32,000 bases of DNA from Hyperthermus butylicus DSM 5456. Lineage in GTDB: Archaea; Thermoproteota; Thermoprotei_A; Sulfolobales; Pyrodictiaceae. The DNA lies in the NCBI RefSeq assembly GCF_000015145.1, contig NC_008818.1:1470001-1502000 (forward strand). The letters run 5' to 3'. The notes under the pieces were generated by a model. It saw only the letters and a program-made list of their open reading frames with translations, was not told the DNA's origin and made no database searches. Shown piece by piece: positions 1 to 9,855 of this stretch. Within the stretch, counting starts at the first letter, position 1. Each line of letters starts with the position of its first letter. A program made the position numbers and the translations under genes.

Positions 1-486
1 GACGAGCTTGAAGAACTTCTGGGGATCACGGAGAACCCATTCGGGGAACAGGGAGACATACTCGAGAGCCCCCCTCCATACCCTATCCCATGGCAGTAGC
101 TTCCTAACCTTCAGCACCACCTCCCGGTCGAAATCGCGTGGTGTCTGCTCCTGTCCACCAATCACGAACCAGCCGCGAGGGCTCACCTGGACGCACTCTC
201 CCAAAACCTCAACCATGCCCTCTGGACACTTTGAGCCAGGCCTCCTCTCGCGACTCCTCCGCAGCAGCTCTTCCAGCGTCACACTGTAGGCCCGGTACCT
301 AGGCCCATAGTGCTTAGCCCATGCGTAGAATATGGCGCGGTTGAGGCCCCAGCTCTTAGCCTTCTCAAGATCTCCCCGCAGCTGGTAGTACCGAGCAGCC
401 TGCAGCAGCGCCATAACCTGAAACCTCCCCAAGCCAGCAAGCCTTACAAGGTCCTCCGGCCGCGGCAACCCAGCCCCCTCCAACAC
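1..486 (-). CDS. Hypothetical protein, partial (3' end outside window); not in the supplied ORF track
   Basis: Minus strand is open from an in-frame TAG near 515 to the window edge. Translation from a GTG at 486: VLEGAGLPRPEDLVRLAGLGRFQVMALLQAARYYQLRGDLEKAKSWGLNRAIFYAWAKHYGPRYRAYSVTLEELLRRSRERRPGSKCPEGMVEVLGECVQVSPRGWFVIGG...; soluble-protein-like composition. First ATG is at 414. Confidence 0.6.
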   Translation of the reverse strand, partial: MLEGAGLPRPEDLVRLAGLGRFQVMALLQAARYYQLRGDLEKAKSWGLNRAIFYAWAKHYGPRYRAYSVTLEELLRRSRERRPGSKCPEGMVEVLGECVQVSPRGWFVIGGQEQTPRDFDREVVLKVRKLLPWDRVWRGALEYVSLFPEWVLRDPQKFFKLV

Positions 487-715
487 AGCGTAGAGAACAG
501 GCTTGCCTCTGTATAGCTCTACATGTTGCTACGGGCTGACGCTGCACCATGAGAGCCCACTAAAACCCCCACGGCGCTCGTTGTAGAGATTCCGAACGAT
601 TACATAAACTACCGCTTAGCTTTTAACCTGCGCGATAATGTTTAAATTTCAGCTTACGCTACTATATTGTGTGGACTATACTACGGATACGACCGCCAAG
701 CTAGAGCTTCTAAGG

Positions 716-2455
716 GTGGGAGTTGTGGCGAGTCGTGCGGCTTTAATAGCTGGTATTGTTGTGCTTGTTGTTATTGTTGCTGGTATTGCGGTCTACTTTG
801 CCTCCAAGCCTGAGGAGAAGCCTGCAGCACCAACCGAACAGCCAACAGAACAACCAACAACAACACCAACAGAAGAAAAGCCTACGGAGACCAAGCCCCA
901 GCTACCACAGCTAACCGGCAACATAGAGGAGGACATTGTTAACATTGCAAACTACCTGATAGCAAACGGCGTCAAGGAAGTTAAGTTCACCGTCTGGGGC
1001 GCCGGTGACCCCAACAGCGTCCTTAGAACCCTGGCAATCGTCGAGGCTGCCTATAGGCTCAACAAGATACTAGAGGAGAAGGGCATAGACTTCAAGATCA
1101 TTATCGAGCAGGACTTCAAGCGTGGCGGCGGCGACCAGCTAGCAGAGAAGTTCGCCACCGCGTTCCAGAGCGCGGCCAATGCCGACATAATGGCTAACAG
1201 CTACAAGCACCTGGCAAGGTTTGCTGAGGAAGGCTACATACTCGACATAACACCATACGTTGAAGCCTACAAGGACTTCATAAGCGACTTCTACTCAAGC
1301 CTACTAGAGGCCGTCAAGTACAATGGCAAGTACTACGCCATACCACAGGACACAGAGGCTAGGCCACTCTACTGGAGGACAGACGTAGCGGCATGCATCA
1401 AGGAGAAGACCGGTGAGGACATCCTCGTAAACCTCTACGAGAAGGTTGAGAAGGGCGAGGTAACCTGGAAGGACGTCTACCGCTACGCCAAGCTAGCAGT
1501 CGAGAACGGCTGCAGCGAGTGGGGCGTACTGCACAGGAAGGGAAGCGCCCACCCAGACCTAATACAGTTCATATTCGCCTTCGGCGGCACACTATACGAC
1601 CCCAACACCAACAAGCTAGTCCTAGACGTGCCCGCTGTCTACAAGTGGCTGTACGTAGAGTGGAAGATGGCCCGTGACGGCCTCATACCAAAGGACATGA
1701 TGAGCTGGGACTGGGCAAAGCAGATACACCCAACAGTCGTCGACGGCAAGACGCTAGCCTGGATTGGCGGCACCTGGCACTGGACAGAGTGGCAGACCAA
1801 GCCATACCACACCGACCCGCAGACCGGCGAGAAGAGGCCACTAACAGCCGAGGAGGTCAAGAACTACTTCTACTACACGCTATTCCCGGCAGGTGAGCCC
1901 GGCCAGAAGCCAGTAACGCTAAGCCAGCCATTCGTGTGGTACATAGCTAGCAATGCTGGCAAGGACAACCCGAAGTACGACGAGCTCAAGGAGGCCTACC
2001 ACATGCTAGCATTCCTCCTAGTGGTCAAGGCTAGCGACCCAGACCTGGTAGCAATACACAGCATCATCAGCGCACACCTACCAGTAACCAAGAGCGCCGC
2101 CGAGCTAATCAACGATAAGGCATGGGTTGAGAAGCTAGCCAAGCTAGAGGTACAGCTAAGCGACGAGGTTAAGAACGCCATAAAGGACATAGTCGAGAAG
2201 ACGGTCAACGATATTAACGTAGAGTTCCTAGCCGATGCCAGCAAGATGCTAGAGTACACCAAGCTAACACCGATACACCCAAGGTACCCAGCACTAGCCG
2301 ACATATTCGCTGACGCAGTCAACAAGGTGTTAATGGGCGAGATGGAGCCCAAGGACGCCGTCAACTACATCATACAGAAGATCGAGGCTGACCCAGAGCT
2401 AGCAAAGAGCGTCGAGATACGGGGCGAGATACCAGAAGGCTGGACATTCCCATAA
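716..2455 (+). CDS. Extracellular solute-binding protein of a carbohydrate-type ABC transporter, membrane anchored
   Basis: N-terminal TM segment (ALIAGIVVLVVIVAGIAVYFA), then Pro/Thr/Glu-rich linker, then binding-protein body (GGGDQLAEKFATAFQSAANADIMANSYKHLARFAEEGYILDITPYVE). First gene of an operon with two permeases and an ATPase. Start uncertain (GTG ~716 rather than 638). Confidence 0.85.
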   Translation: MGVVASRAALIAGIVVLVVIVAGIAVYFASKPEEKPAAPTEQPTEQPTTTPTEEKPTETKPQLPQLTGNIEEDIVNIANYLIANGVKEVKFTVWGAGDPNSVLRTLAIVEAAYRLNKILEEKGIDFKIIIEQDFKRGGGDQLAEKFATAFQSAANADIMANSYKHLARFAEEGYILDITPYVEAYKDFISDFYSSLLEAVKYNGKYYAIPQDTEARPLYWRTDVAACIKEKTGEDILVNLYEKVEKGEVTWKDVYRYAKLAVENGCSEWGVLHRKGSAHPDLIQFIFAFGGTLYDPNTNKLVLDVPAVYKWLYVEWKMARDGLIPKDMMSWDWAKQIHPTVVDGKTLAWIGGTWHWTEWQTKPYHTDPQTGEKRPLTAEEVKNYFYYTLFPAGEPGQKPVTLSQPFVWYIASNAGKDNPKYDELKEAYHMLAFLLVVKASDPDLVAIHSIISAHLPVTKSAAELINDKAWVEKLAKLEVQLSDEVKNAIKDIVEKTVNDINVEFLADASKMLEYTKLTPIHPRYPALADIFADAVNKVLMGEMEPKDAVNYIIQKIEADPELAKSVEIRGEIPEGWTFP

Positions 2456-2459
2456 AGAG

Positions 2460-3425
2460 GTGAAAAAAGCCTTGGCCCTCCCCAAACCCCGCGTAAACCC
2501 TGCATTGTTTTTCCTCATACCCGCCCTAACGCTTATAGCCATATTCTACGTTGTACCCCTCTTCCTCTCGATATACATCAGCTTTACCCCACTCAAGAAC
2601 TGGAACATCCAGAAGTACCTTGGAGAAGTCACAACATACAACTATGAGCGTCTTATACACATGATACGCTACGACCCCGACTTTGGCATGGTTGTTAAGA
2701 CGACACTGTTCTTCGTACCCGTTACCTTGCTTATCAATGTACTTGGCGGGCTCGCCCTGGCCCTCGCAACATTCCTCATGGAGGAGGCTGTCTCGCTTCC
2801 AACCCGTGTGCTCTGGATACTCCCCCGCATGACACCTGTCGCAGTCTACTCGCTCATGTGGTACTACTTCTTCCTCGGAGATGCGAGTGGCACACTCAAC
2901 AACCTATTGATGAGGCTCGGCATTATAGACCAGCCAGTCAACTGGGGTAATGATCCCAACCTACTCCCCTACAGCGCCTGGACCATACTCGTCATAGTTA
3001 ACGCTCTTGTAGGCGTTAGCTTCGGCATGGTCGTGTTCTACAGCGCGCTCCGCAGCATCCCCCGAGAGCACATAATCGCCGCCCGCATAGACGGAGCCTC
3101 CACTTGGCAGCTCGTCCGCCACATACTCATCCCGCAGCTACGCTGGCACCTCATCTACGTTACTGTCTGGCAGCTACTGAGCCTCCTGACAACGTATACC
3201 CACATATTCCTGCTCGTTAAGTGGGGCGCTGTACACAAGTACTGGGGGAGCACCTGGGCCCTCTACGTCTTCAATAAGGCCTTCGAGGCTGAGTGGGGTA
3301 GCGAGCAGGGACTCGCCGCTGCCGCTGCAACAATACTAGTAATCATAGGCTCTGTGCTCGGCCTCATAGCGCTAAGAATACTCGGCTATGGCAAGATGAT
3401 GGGTGAGCCGAGGGGTGAGCTGTAA
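2460..3425 (+). CDS. ABC transporter permease, MalF/UgpA-like
   Basis: Multiple TM segments; MetI-type motif region EHIIAARIDGASTWQLVRHILIPQL; GTG start 5 nt after the preceding gene. Confidence 0.9.
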   Translation: MKKALALPKPRVNPALFFLIPALTLIAIFYVVPLFLSIYISFTPLKNWNIQKYLGEVTTYNYERLIHMIRYDPDFGMVVKTTLFFVPVTLLINVLGGLALALATFLMEEAVSLPTRVLWILPRMTPVAVYSLMWYYFFLGDASGTLNNLLMRLGIIDQPVNWGNDPNLLPYSAWTILVIVNALVGVSFGMVVFYSALRSIPREHIIAARIDGASTWQLVRHILIPQLRWHLIYVTVWQLLSLLTTYTHIFLLVKWGAVHKYWGSTWALYVFNKAFEAEWGSEQGLAAAAATILVIIGSVLGLIALRILGYGKMMGEPRGEL

Positions 3426-4402
3426 TGACGCTAGCAGGGACTGTTAGGAGGCTCGCTGCGAGGCTTATACCGCGCCGTGCCAGGCTGGAGGCTGAGCACA
3501 CCACTATACAGGATGTCGAGACTATCCCCCGGAGAAGGCTCACCCTAGTCATAGGCCTAGCTGTTTTGCTCGTCACCATACCCCTCATCACGCTCTACCT
3601 GCTCCTCATACTCTCAAGCTTTGCGGACAGAATGCTCTCCGGCCCGGACATATTCGAGGCTAGATACAGCCTCGAGAACTGGAAACTGCTTTTCCAGGGT
3701 AAGCTGGAGCCAGCTGCTGCACAGCTCTACACGCCCCGCGACCTACTAGTAATCATTGCTAATACGTTCATAGTGGCGCTAGGCGTTACGGCCGTGGTGA
3801 TATTCACCAGTGTCATGGCCGGCTATGCGTTCTCCCGGATGAGGTTTTGGGGCCGCCGCAGACTAATGGAGTTCATGATACTGCTACACGCCTTCCCCGG
3901 CGTAGCATTAATCATCGCAGTATACGCTATTTACGTGTGGAGCCTCTCCGGCATACCAAGGGATGTGCTTACCGCTTACCGGTTCACCTACACGATATTC
4001 GCTCGCGCCGCACTAGAGATACCCATGAGTATCTGGCTGATGAAGGGCTTCTTCGACAAGATACCCTGGGAGATCGAGTGGAGCGCAATGATAGATGGAG
4101 CCTCAAGGTTCAGAGTGTGGTGGCAGATAGTTCTCCCGCTCGTGAAGCCGGGCATAGCAGCGCTAGCGATATTTGCCTTCCTCGCCGGCTGGGAGGACCT
4201 AATCTACGTCCACGTATTCCTCTACACGGGCGGCATCAAGACCCTCGCAACCTTCATAGAGGAGGTTATAGGTAACATTGAGACAGCATACCTCCCCATA
4301 GCTGCTGCAGCTGCTACGCTCTACCTCCTCCCAACCATTGTCTTCTTCGTACTTACCCAGAAGCTCCTACTCGAAGCAATGAGCGGCGGGGTGAAAGGGT
4401 AA
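3425..4402 (+). CDS. ABC transporter permease, MalG/UgpE-like
   Basis: MetI-type motif EWSAMIDGASRFRVWWQIVLPLVKPGIAALAIFAFL; TAATG overlap with the upstream gene. Confidence 0.92.
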   Translation: MTLAGTVRRLAARLIPRRARLEAEHTTIQDVETIPRRRLTLVIGLAVLLVTIPLITLYLLLILSSFADRMLSGPDIFEARYSLENWKLLFQGKLEPAAAQLYTPRDLLVIIANTFIVALGVTAVVIFTSVMAGYAFSRMRFWGRRRLMEFMILLHAFPGVALIIAVYAIYVWSLSGIPRDVLTAYRFTYTIFARAALEIPMSIWLMKGFFDKIPWEIEWSAMIDGASRFRVWWQIVLPLVKPGIAALAIFAFLAGWEDLIYVHVFLYTGGIKTLATFIEEVIGNIETAYLPIAAAAATLYLLPTIVFFVLTQKLLLEAMSGGVKG

Positions 4403-5529
4403 TGGTGGAGGTGCGACTGGAGGGTGTAACCAAGAAGTTCGGGAGAGTGGTTGCAGTCAATAATGTGACGCTCACCTTTCCCGACGGGAGGTTCTCTGCT
4501 ATACTCGGCCCAAGCGGCTCCGGCAAGACTACCCTACTATACCTCATCGCTGGCATATACAAGCCTACAAGCGGCAGGATATTCTTCGGAGACCGCGAGG
4601 TAACCAACCTCCCGCCAAAGGAGAGGAACATTGGGCTCGTGTTCCAGAACTACGCACTATACCCCCACATGACGGTGTACGATAATATCGCGTTCCCCCT
4701 GCGGCTGAAGAAGCTGCCAGAGCGGGAGATAGACCAGCGCGTCCACGAGGTTGCCAAGCTGCTACGGATAGAGGAGCTGCTGAACCGCTACCCGAGCCAG
4801 CTCAGCGGTGGACAGCAGCAGCGCGTCGCACTAGCAAGAGCCCTCGTCAAGCAGCCTGACGTGCTCCTGCTTGACGAGCCGCTGAGCAACCTGGACGCAC
4901 TGCTCAGACTCACCATCCGTACCGAGCTGAAGAAGCTGCAGAGCAAGCTCGGGATAACAGCTATACATGTCACCCACGACCAGGCAGAAGCGCTAAGCAT
5001 AGCCGACACGATAGTCGTCATCGATACCGGTAGAATCCAGCAGGTAGGGTCGCCAGAAGACGTCTACCATAGGCCGCGCAACCTCTTCGTAGCAGGATTC
5101 ATAGGCTCACCCCCAGCAAACATGCTGCCAGGCGTTATTGAGAGAAGCAACGGCAACGTCTACGTGAAGGTCGCCGGAGCCAGGTTTACGCCGCGGGAAG
5201 AGCACGTCAGGGTTATCTCCGAGGCCGGGCTGGACCGCGTCATAATTGTGTTCCGGCCAGAGCACGCTAAGCTGCGCTACGAGCCAGCAAATTCGGGGTT
5301 AACAGTCCCGGCAGAGGTCTACGTGGTAGAGCCTCTCGGCAAGGAGAACATAGTATCGCTACTCGTAGCAGAGAACCTAGTCAAGATAGTAGCACCGCCC
5401 GACGTTAAGCCCGAGCCCGGCGAAAAGCTCTACATAACAGTACCCCTGGAGAGGATACTACTCTTCGACCCCGATACACAGCTAAACCTCGAATACCTCA
5501 CCGCCGAGACACACGGTGAACCAGACTAA
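4402..5529 (+). CDS. ABC transporter ATP-binding protein, MalK/UgpC-like
   Basis: Walker A GPSGSGKT, signature LSGGQQQRVALARAL, Walker B VLLLDEPLSNLD, C-terminal TOBE-like domain; TAATG overlap with the upstream gene. Confidence 0.96.
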   Translation: MVEVRLEGVTKKFGRVVAVNNVTLTFPDGRFSAILGPSGSGKTTLLYLIAGIYKPTSGRIFFGDREVTNLPPKERNIGLVFQNYALYPHMTVYDNIAFPLRLKKLPEREIDQRVHEVAKLLRIEELLNRYPSQLSGGQQQRVALARALVKQPDVLLLDEPLSNLDALLRLTIRTELKKLQSKLGITAIHVTHDQAEALSIADTIVVIDTGRIQQVGSPEDVYHRPRNLFVAGFIGSPPANMLPGVIERSNGNVYVKVAGARFTPREEHVRVISEAGLDRVIIVFRPEHAKLRYEPANSGLTVPAEVYVVEPLGKENIVSLLVAENLVKIVAPPDVKPEPGEKLYITVPLERILLFDPDTQLNLEYLTAETHGEPD

Positions 5530-5691
5530 CCCGTAGACTTCAACCCCATTTCTTTCCAATACCGACGCCTAGGCCTAGTTCTGGGCTAGTGGATAAACGC
5601 TAGTCCAGCACTATATCCTCCCAGGGATTGTGGAGGAGGAGCTGTAGCTTTGGGCCGGGGTGGGGGAGAGCGGGGAGCCCGTAGGAGGCCT

Positions 5692-6048
5692 ATGTTTGCT
5701 ACTGGCGAGATCGTCGGCGACTATGAGCCGCTCTACCTGTACTGGCAGGAGGCTGGTGGCCGTGCCGAGGAGGCAGTGCTTAGTGGTGGGGATTTCGAGG
5801 TTCTCCGCAGGCTTGTCGAGGAGGAGGGTGTCTCGAGGCTTGACGAGGTGCTTGAGAGGCTAGCTAGCCACTTCGCGTCGAGGATTGATGCTCGTGCTGC
5901 TCGTAAGGCTCTCGAGAAATATTATGGTGTTGAGGTGTCTGAGGAGGAGGCTGCTAGGAGGATAGCTGGCATACTTGCTGGCTGGCTTGTAGAGGCTGCG
6001 GGAGAGCTTGGAATGTACCGGTTGAGGAAGAGGTGGGAGAAGGGGTAG
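5692..6048 (+). CDS. Small hypothetical protein, helical
   Basis: MFATGEIVGDYEPLYLYWQEAGGRAEEAVLSGGDFEVLRRLVEEEGVSRLDEVLERLASHFASRIDARAARKALEKYYGVEVSEEEAARRIAG...; ORF track starts at 5650 but ATG at 5692 gives a more protein-like N-terminus. Confidence 0.6.
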   Translation: MFATGEIVGDYEPLYLYWQEAGGRAEEAVLSGGDFEVLRRLVEEEGVSRLDEVLERLASHFASRIDARAARKALEKYYGVEVSEEEAARRIAGILAGWLVEAAGELGMYRLRKRWEKG

Positions 6049-6133
6049 GAGCAAGTGGCCCCAGACGTGGGGGTTGCAACCGTCAAAAACGTGAGAGCCG
6101 AGTGGGTCACCGGCTGTTGTTGAAAGTGTGGGG

Positions 6134-6790
6134 TTACTTCTGGTCCTGCTGGCCGCTTGGTGTCGGGAAGGCAGTGGGTAGCTCTGGGAACTCTGCCTTC
6201 ATCCTCTGCTCTGCTACTGCAGCAGCCTCCTCCATTATCTTCTTGGCTTCCTCGCTGTAGTATGATGGCATGCTCATGAAGCTTGTGAACTCGCCTGCCT
6301 CGGTTACCACGCTCTCTAGCAGCTCGCCGATCTCGGCCATCTCGATGCCGATTTCTGGCACTAGGCTGGTTAGGTAGCGGCGTAGGTCCTTGATCACGCC
6401 TACTACTGGTGCTAGGCCCACCAGTACGTCGCCCATGGTCATTACTGTCTCTAGCCTTAGTGTTACTCTCTCGATCGCGTACTTGGCTGTTAGCAGGCTC
6501 TTAATCATCTTCCTGAGCTCCGCTACCTCGGCAGCGTACATTGCTGCCCTTGTCTGGTCCTTCTCTATCTGTGCCTGTACAACCTTCTCGAATAGCGCCT
6601 GGTCGCGCTCCTTCATCTTAGCGATTATGTACTCTAGCTTGTTGTTCTGTACACGCAGCTTGTATAGTGCTATGGCTAGCTTGTGCCTAAGCGGCGGCGG
6701 CGGGTTGATCGTGTTCTTGATCTTCTCAATGATGCCTGGCTCCTTGGGCTGTGGGCTCCAAACTTTTGCGAAGTCCTCTACCCTAGCCAA
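6134..6790 (-). CDS. ESCRT-III-like (CdvB-family) protein
   Basis: Snf7-like core similar to crenarchaeal CdvB: PPPPLRHKLAIALYKLRVQNNKLEYIIAKMKERDQALFEKVVQAQIEKDQTRAAMYAAEVAELRKMIKSLLTAKYAIERVTLRLETVMTMGDVLVGLAPVVGVIKDLRRYLTSLVPEIGIEMAEIGELLESV; Pro-rich N-terminus. No obvious C-terminal winged helix. Confidence 0.88.
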   Translation of the reverse strand: MARVEDFAKVWSPQPKEPGIIEKIKNTINPPPPLRHKLAIALYKLRVQNNKLEYIIAKMKERDQALFEKVVQAQIEKDQTRAAMYAAEVAELRKMIKSLLTAKYAIERVTLRLETVMTMGDVLVGLAPVVGVIKDLRRYLTSLVPEIGIEMAEIGELLESVVTEAGEFTSFMSMPSYYSEEAKKIMEEAAAVAEQRMKAEFPELPTAFPTPSGQQDQK

Positions 6791-7304
6791 GGCTCTCAGC
6801 GCCGTTGAGTCATATTCTGGCAGCGTTTACCCAGTAAGCCCGGCGGGGTAGTGTCATGCAGCCAGAACACCTTTAAACCGCGTAGAGGATCCACGACCAT
6901 CAGCCCGCCTACATACCAGCCAAAGCTCTGATTACGGCTACGGCCTCAAGTGGTAGCACTGTGTCACCCGCACAGCCTCCGCGCGTAGAAGAAGCGCCAG
7001 GGCTAGGCGTAGCTGCTTAACACTATATACGTACTGTTGTGGCTCGGCAATAGCAGTGTCTCGACTCGTCCCTCCTAGAGCCCTCTAAGGCCCGTGGTTG
7101 GGTGAGGCTGGCGTGGAAGGGCCATGCTGAGAATAATTTGGCCACCTACTACTCGCTGTGGGCCTCGTAATAGCTGTGTAGGCATGAAGCCATGGCTGAC
7201 CCTAGTAACTCTTGACAAGCACTTTGAGGCTATACGTGACCACGTGGCGCCAGAGCTGCGGCTAGTATGCGGTGTTACATGGGTCCTCGTGGGGTGCCGG
7301 GTGT

Positions 7305-7316
7305 TCCTTTTTATCG
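7305..7316 (+). promoter_or_regulatory. Candidate archaeal TATA box for the M20 peptidase gene
   Basis: tccttttTATCg about 45 nt upstream of ATG 7356, a spacing compatible with a short or absent leader. Confidence 0.35.
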
Positions 7317-7355
7317 CTGCCCGGGGGCTTGTTCCACGTAGGTGTGTTGGCCCCC

Positions 7356-8603
7356 ATGTCCTCTAGTGGTGGTAGCGAGGAGCTCTATGTTGTTAGGTTA
7401 TTGGAGAAGTTGATCTCCGTGCCAACTGTCAATCCTCCTGGCGAGAACTACCAGGAGATGGCTACGCTGCTGAGAGAGGAGCTTGAGGCTCTAGGCCTGG
7501 AGGTTAGTATTGTGAGGGTTCCCGACGATGTTGTCGAGAAGTATTATCCCTGGGCTCAGGGCTATCCTCGCTTCATAGTCGTTGCCCGTCTCTACTCGGG
7601 TGCTGAAGAGCAGCCTGTGCTGCACTTCAACGGGCACTACGATGTTGTGCCGCCGGGGCAGGGGTGGAGCCTCGACCCGTTCAAGCCGGTGGTACGCGAC
7701 GGGAAGGTCTACGGCCGTGGCGCGAGCGACATGAAGGGCGGCATAGCTGCCATCATTGCTGCTGTCCGGAGCCTTGTGGAGCAGGGCTGGAGGCCTCGGA
7801 AGGGTGTGCTAGAGCTGAGCTTTACGCCCGACGAGGAGACGGGTGGCGAGACCGGCGTAGGCTACATGCTCGAGGAGGGCATAGCGCTTCCAGACTATGC
7901 TGTGGTGGCTGAGCCCAGCACCACTGAGCGGATATGGATTGGTAGCAGGGGTAACCTCTGGCTAAACGTTCACATCTACGGTAAGCAAGCGCACGGCTCA
8001 ACACCTTGGAGTGGGCTTAACGCGTTCGAGGGAATGGTCGAGATAGCCTATCGACTCATACACGAGTATAAACCGCTTCTCGAGGAGAGGAAGACAGACC
8101 TGCCAATGGATGATCCCAGAGCCGCCAAGCCAACTGTAACGCTTGGCGGCGAGGTGCAAGGCGGGGCGAAGACGAACATCGTGCCAGGCTACTACCGGTT
8201 TAGCATTGATCGCCGCATAATACCCGGCGAAAACCCCGACGAGGTGGAGAAAGAGCTGCGAGAATTCATAGACCGTGTCTCTGCGCCTTTGCGCGCCCGG
8301 GGCTACCGTGTCGAGGTAGAGGTTACCGCTAAGGCGCCCGCGACATGGATACCGCCTGACCACAACTTTGTGGAGCTCGTAGCCTCAACCATACGCGACA
8401 TGCTAGGCATAGAACCCCTCCGCACCATCTGCGTAGGGGGCCTCGATACTAGGTACTTCCAGCTCCGCGGCATACCAGCTGTAACCTATGGCCCAGGTGC
8501 ACTCGACGCTGCCCATAAGCCCGACGAGTACGTACCCATAGAGGAGCTTGTTAGGGCTAAGAAGGTCTACATGGAGCTTGCAAAGAGAGTACTTGGAGCC
8601 TAG
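7356..8603 (+). CDS. M20 family metallopeptidase (ArgE/DapE/ACY1-like deacylase)
   Basis: Motifs VLHFNGHYDVVPPG, YGRGASDMKGGIAA, SFTPDEETGGETGVGYM, GLDTRYF, YGPGALDAAHKPDEYVPIEEL. ATG 7356 preferred over the track start at 7272. Confidence 0.93.
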   Translation: MSSSGGSEELYVVRLLEKLISVPTVNPPGENYQEMATLLREELEALGLEVSIVRVPDDVVEKYYPWAQGYPRFIVVARLYSGAEEQPVLHFNGHYDVVPPGQGWSLDPFKPVVRDGKVYGRGASDMKGGIAAIIAAVRSLVEQGWRPRKGVLELSFTPDEETGGETGVGYMLEEGIALPDYAVVAEPSTTERIWIGSRGNLWLNVHIYGKQAHGSTPWSGLNAFEGMVEIAYRLIHEYKPLLEERKTDLPMDDPRAAKPTVTLGGEVQGGAKTNIVPGYYRFSIDRRIIPGENPDEVEKELREFIDRVSAPLRARGYRVEVEVTAKAPATWIPPDHNFVELVASTIRDMLGIEPLRTICVGGLDTRYFQLRGIPAVTYGPGALDAAHKPDEYVPIEELVRAKKVYMELAKRVLGA

Positions 8604-9583
8604 ACCCTTACAACGATGTATATCACTTTTTTCTCGGGATCCACACAAAACTCTTGTATAGCTCTCCACAGCGCCTCCGTGCCTAGGTATTCTCCACCAC
8701 CGCTCCTCAAGTAGAGCCCTACCCTGCCACCGAGCCTTACACTGTCAATCCTAACGCTCTCGTCTGCAAGCCTCACCATGTAGCCATCAGTATACCTTGA
8801 GAAATCGAGCTTCCCCAGCGGAGCCTCACCCATCTCAACAAGCTCGCTAGTTGGTAGCTTGGGACTATACTCCAGCGGTATTCTCCCTGACAGCTCCTCG
8901 TCTATCGGTAGCCCCGCCGTTAACAGCCTAGCCATGCACTCGGACACCGAGAATCCCGAAGCAGCTCCAGGAGCCGTAGGGGCAGCCTCGGCATGCTGCC
9001 GAGCCTCTGCAGCCACAGCTGCTGGCTGTGCAGCAGCCGCCACCACCGGCTCAGCAGCCTCGGCTGCCGGGGCGGCAGCTGCCTCGAAGCCTGCCGGCAC
9101 CTCTGCAGGCTGCGCTACAACCTCCCCTGTCTGTACCTCTGCTGCTGGCTGCTGCATAGCCTCTTCACGCAAAGCACCTAGCTCCCTAGCCCTCATCATA
9201 ACATGGTCTACAATCTCGTTGAATACCCCGCGGGCCCTCTCCTCGGATATCATCTCTACAAGCTTACCGGTCACGACGAAGTATATGGTCAGTATGTCGT
9301 TATAACATGAGAACCTTGCCTCGAACGAGAGGTCACCCCTACCAACGAGCCTAAGCATGGAGGAGGTACGATCAACAATCACCTTTGTCTTTGTCTTACC
9401 GCCAAACCTAGCCCTAGGATTGTACACATATGTGACGGTCACGGTGTCTTTCTTAGCCGATATGCCGGCTATTGGTAACAGCTTAGCCATGCTGACAACG
9501 TCGAGCGGCGATATGTTCTCGAGTAGCTTCTCACAGCCCCTAAGGGGCAGCTTCTCTATAAAAGAATGCATTACAGAAGACAC
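8600..9583 (-). CDS. Hypothetical two-domain protein with a long Ala/Glu/Pro-rich linker
   Basis: Folded-looking N-domain, low-complexity linker (PAEVQTGEVVAQPAEVPAGFEAAAAPAAEAAEPVVAAAAQPAAVAAEARQHAEAAP...), then a second domain (FSVSECMARLLTAGLPIDEELSGRIPLEYSPKLPTSELVEMGEAPLGKLDFSRYTDGYMVRLADESVR...). Confidence 0.75.
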   Translation of the reverse strand: MSSVMHSFIEKLPLRGCEKLLENISPLDVVSMAKLLPIAGISAKKDTVTVTYVYNPRARFGGKTKTKVIVDRTSSMLRLVGRGDLSFEARFSCYNDILTIYFVVTGKLVEMISEERARGVFNEIVDHVMMRARELGALREEAMQQPAAEVQTGEVVAQPAEVPAGFEAAAAPAAEAAEPVVAAAAQPAAVAAEARQHAEAAPTAPGAASGFSVSECMARLLTAGLPIDEELSGRIPLEYSPKLPTSELVEMGEAPLGKLDFSRYTDGYMVRLADESVRIDSVRLGGRVGLYLRSGGGEYLGTEALWRAIQEFCVDPEKKVIYIVVRV

Positions 9584-9855
9584 GGCAGCTTAGCCCCCCA
9601 GCCCTCCCCTGCACTCCTCCTTTCAGCTCTACATCCGCTTGTCTAAGGTGTAGCATGGGACTACTAATTACATTTACCGCTTATACCCGAGTCTGTAAGG
9701 GCTGCCCTAACTAGAACCCTTTAGAAGAGCGTTACCGCGCCGCCGGATGCTGGGCGCCAACGGGCTCCTACAGCTCTTAAACCCCGTAGGGGGATGGGAG
9801 GGGTGGCTGTTAAAGGCTAGACTGTGCACCCTTACCCAGGGTGGAGTTGGCAGGT

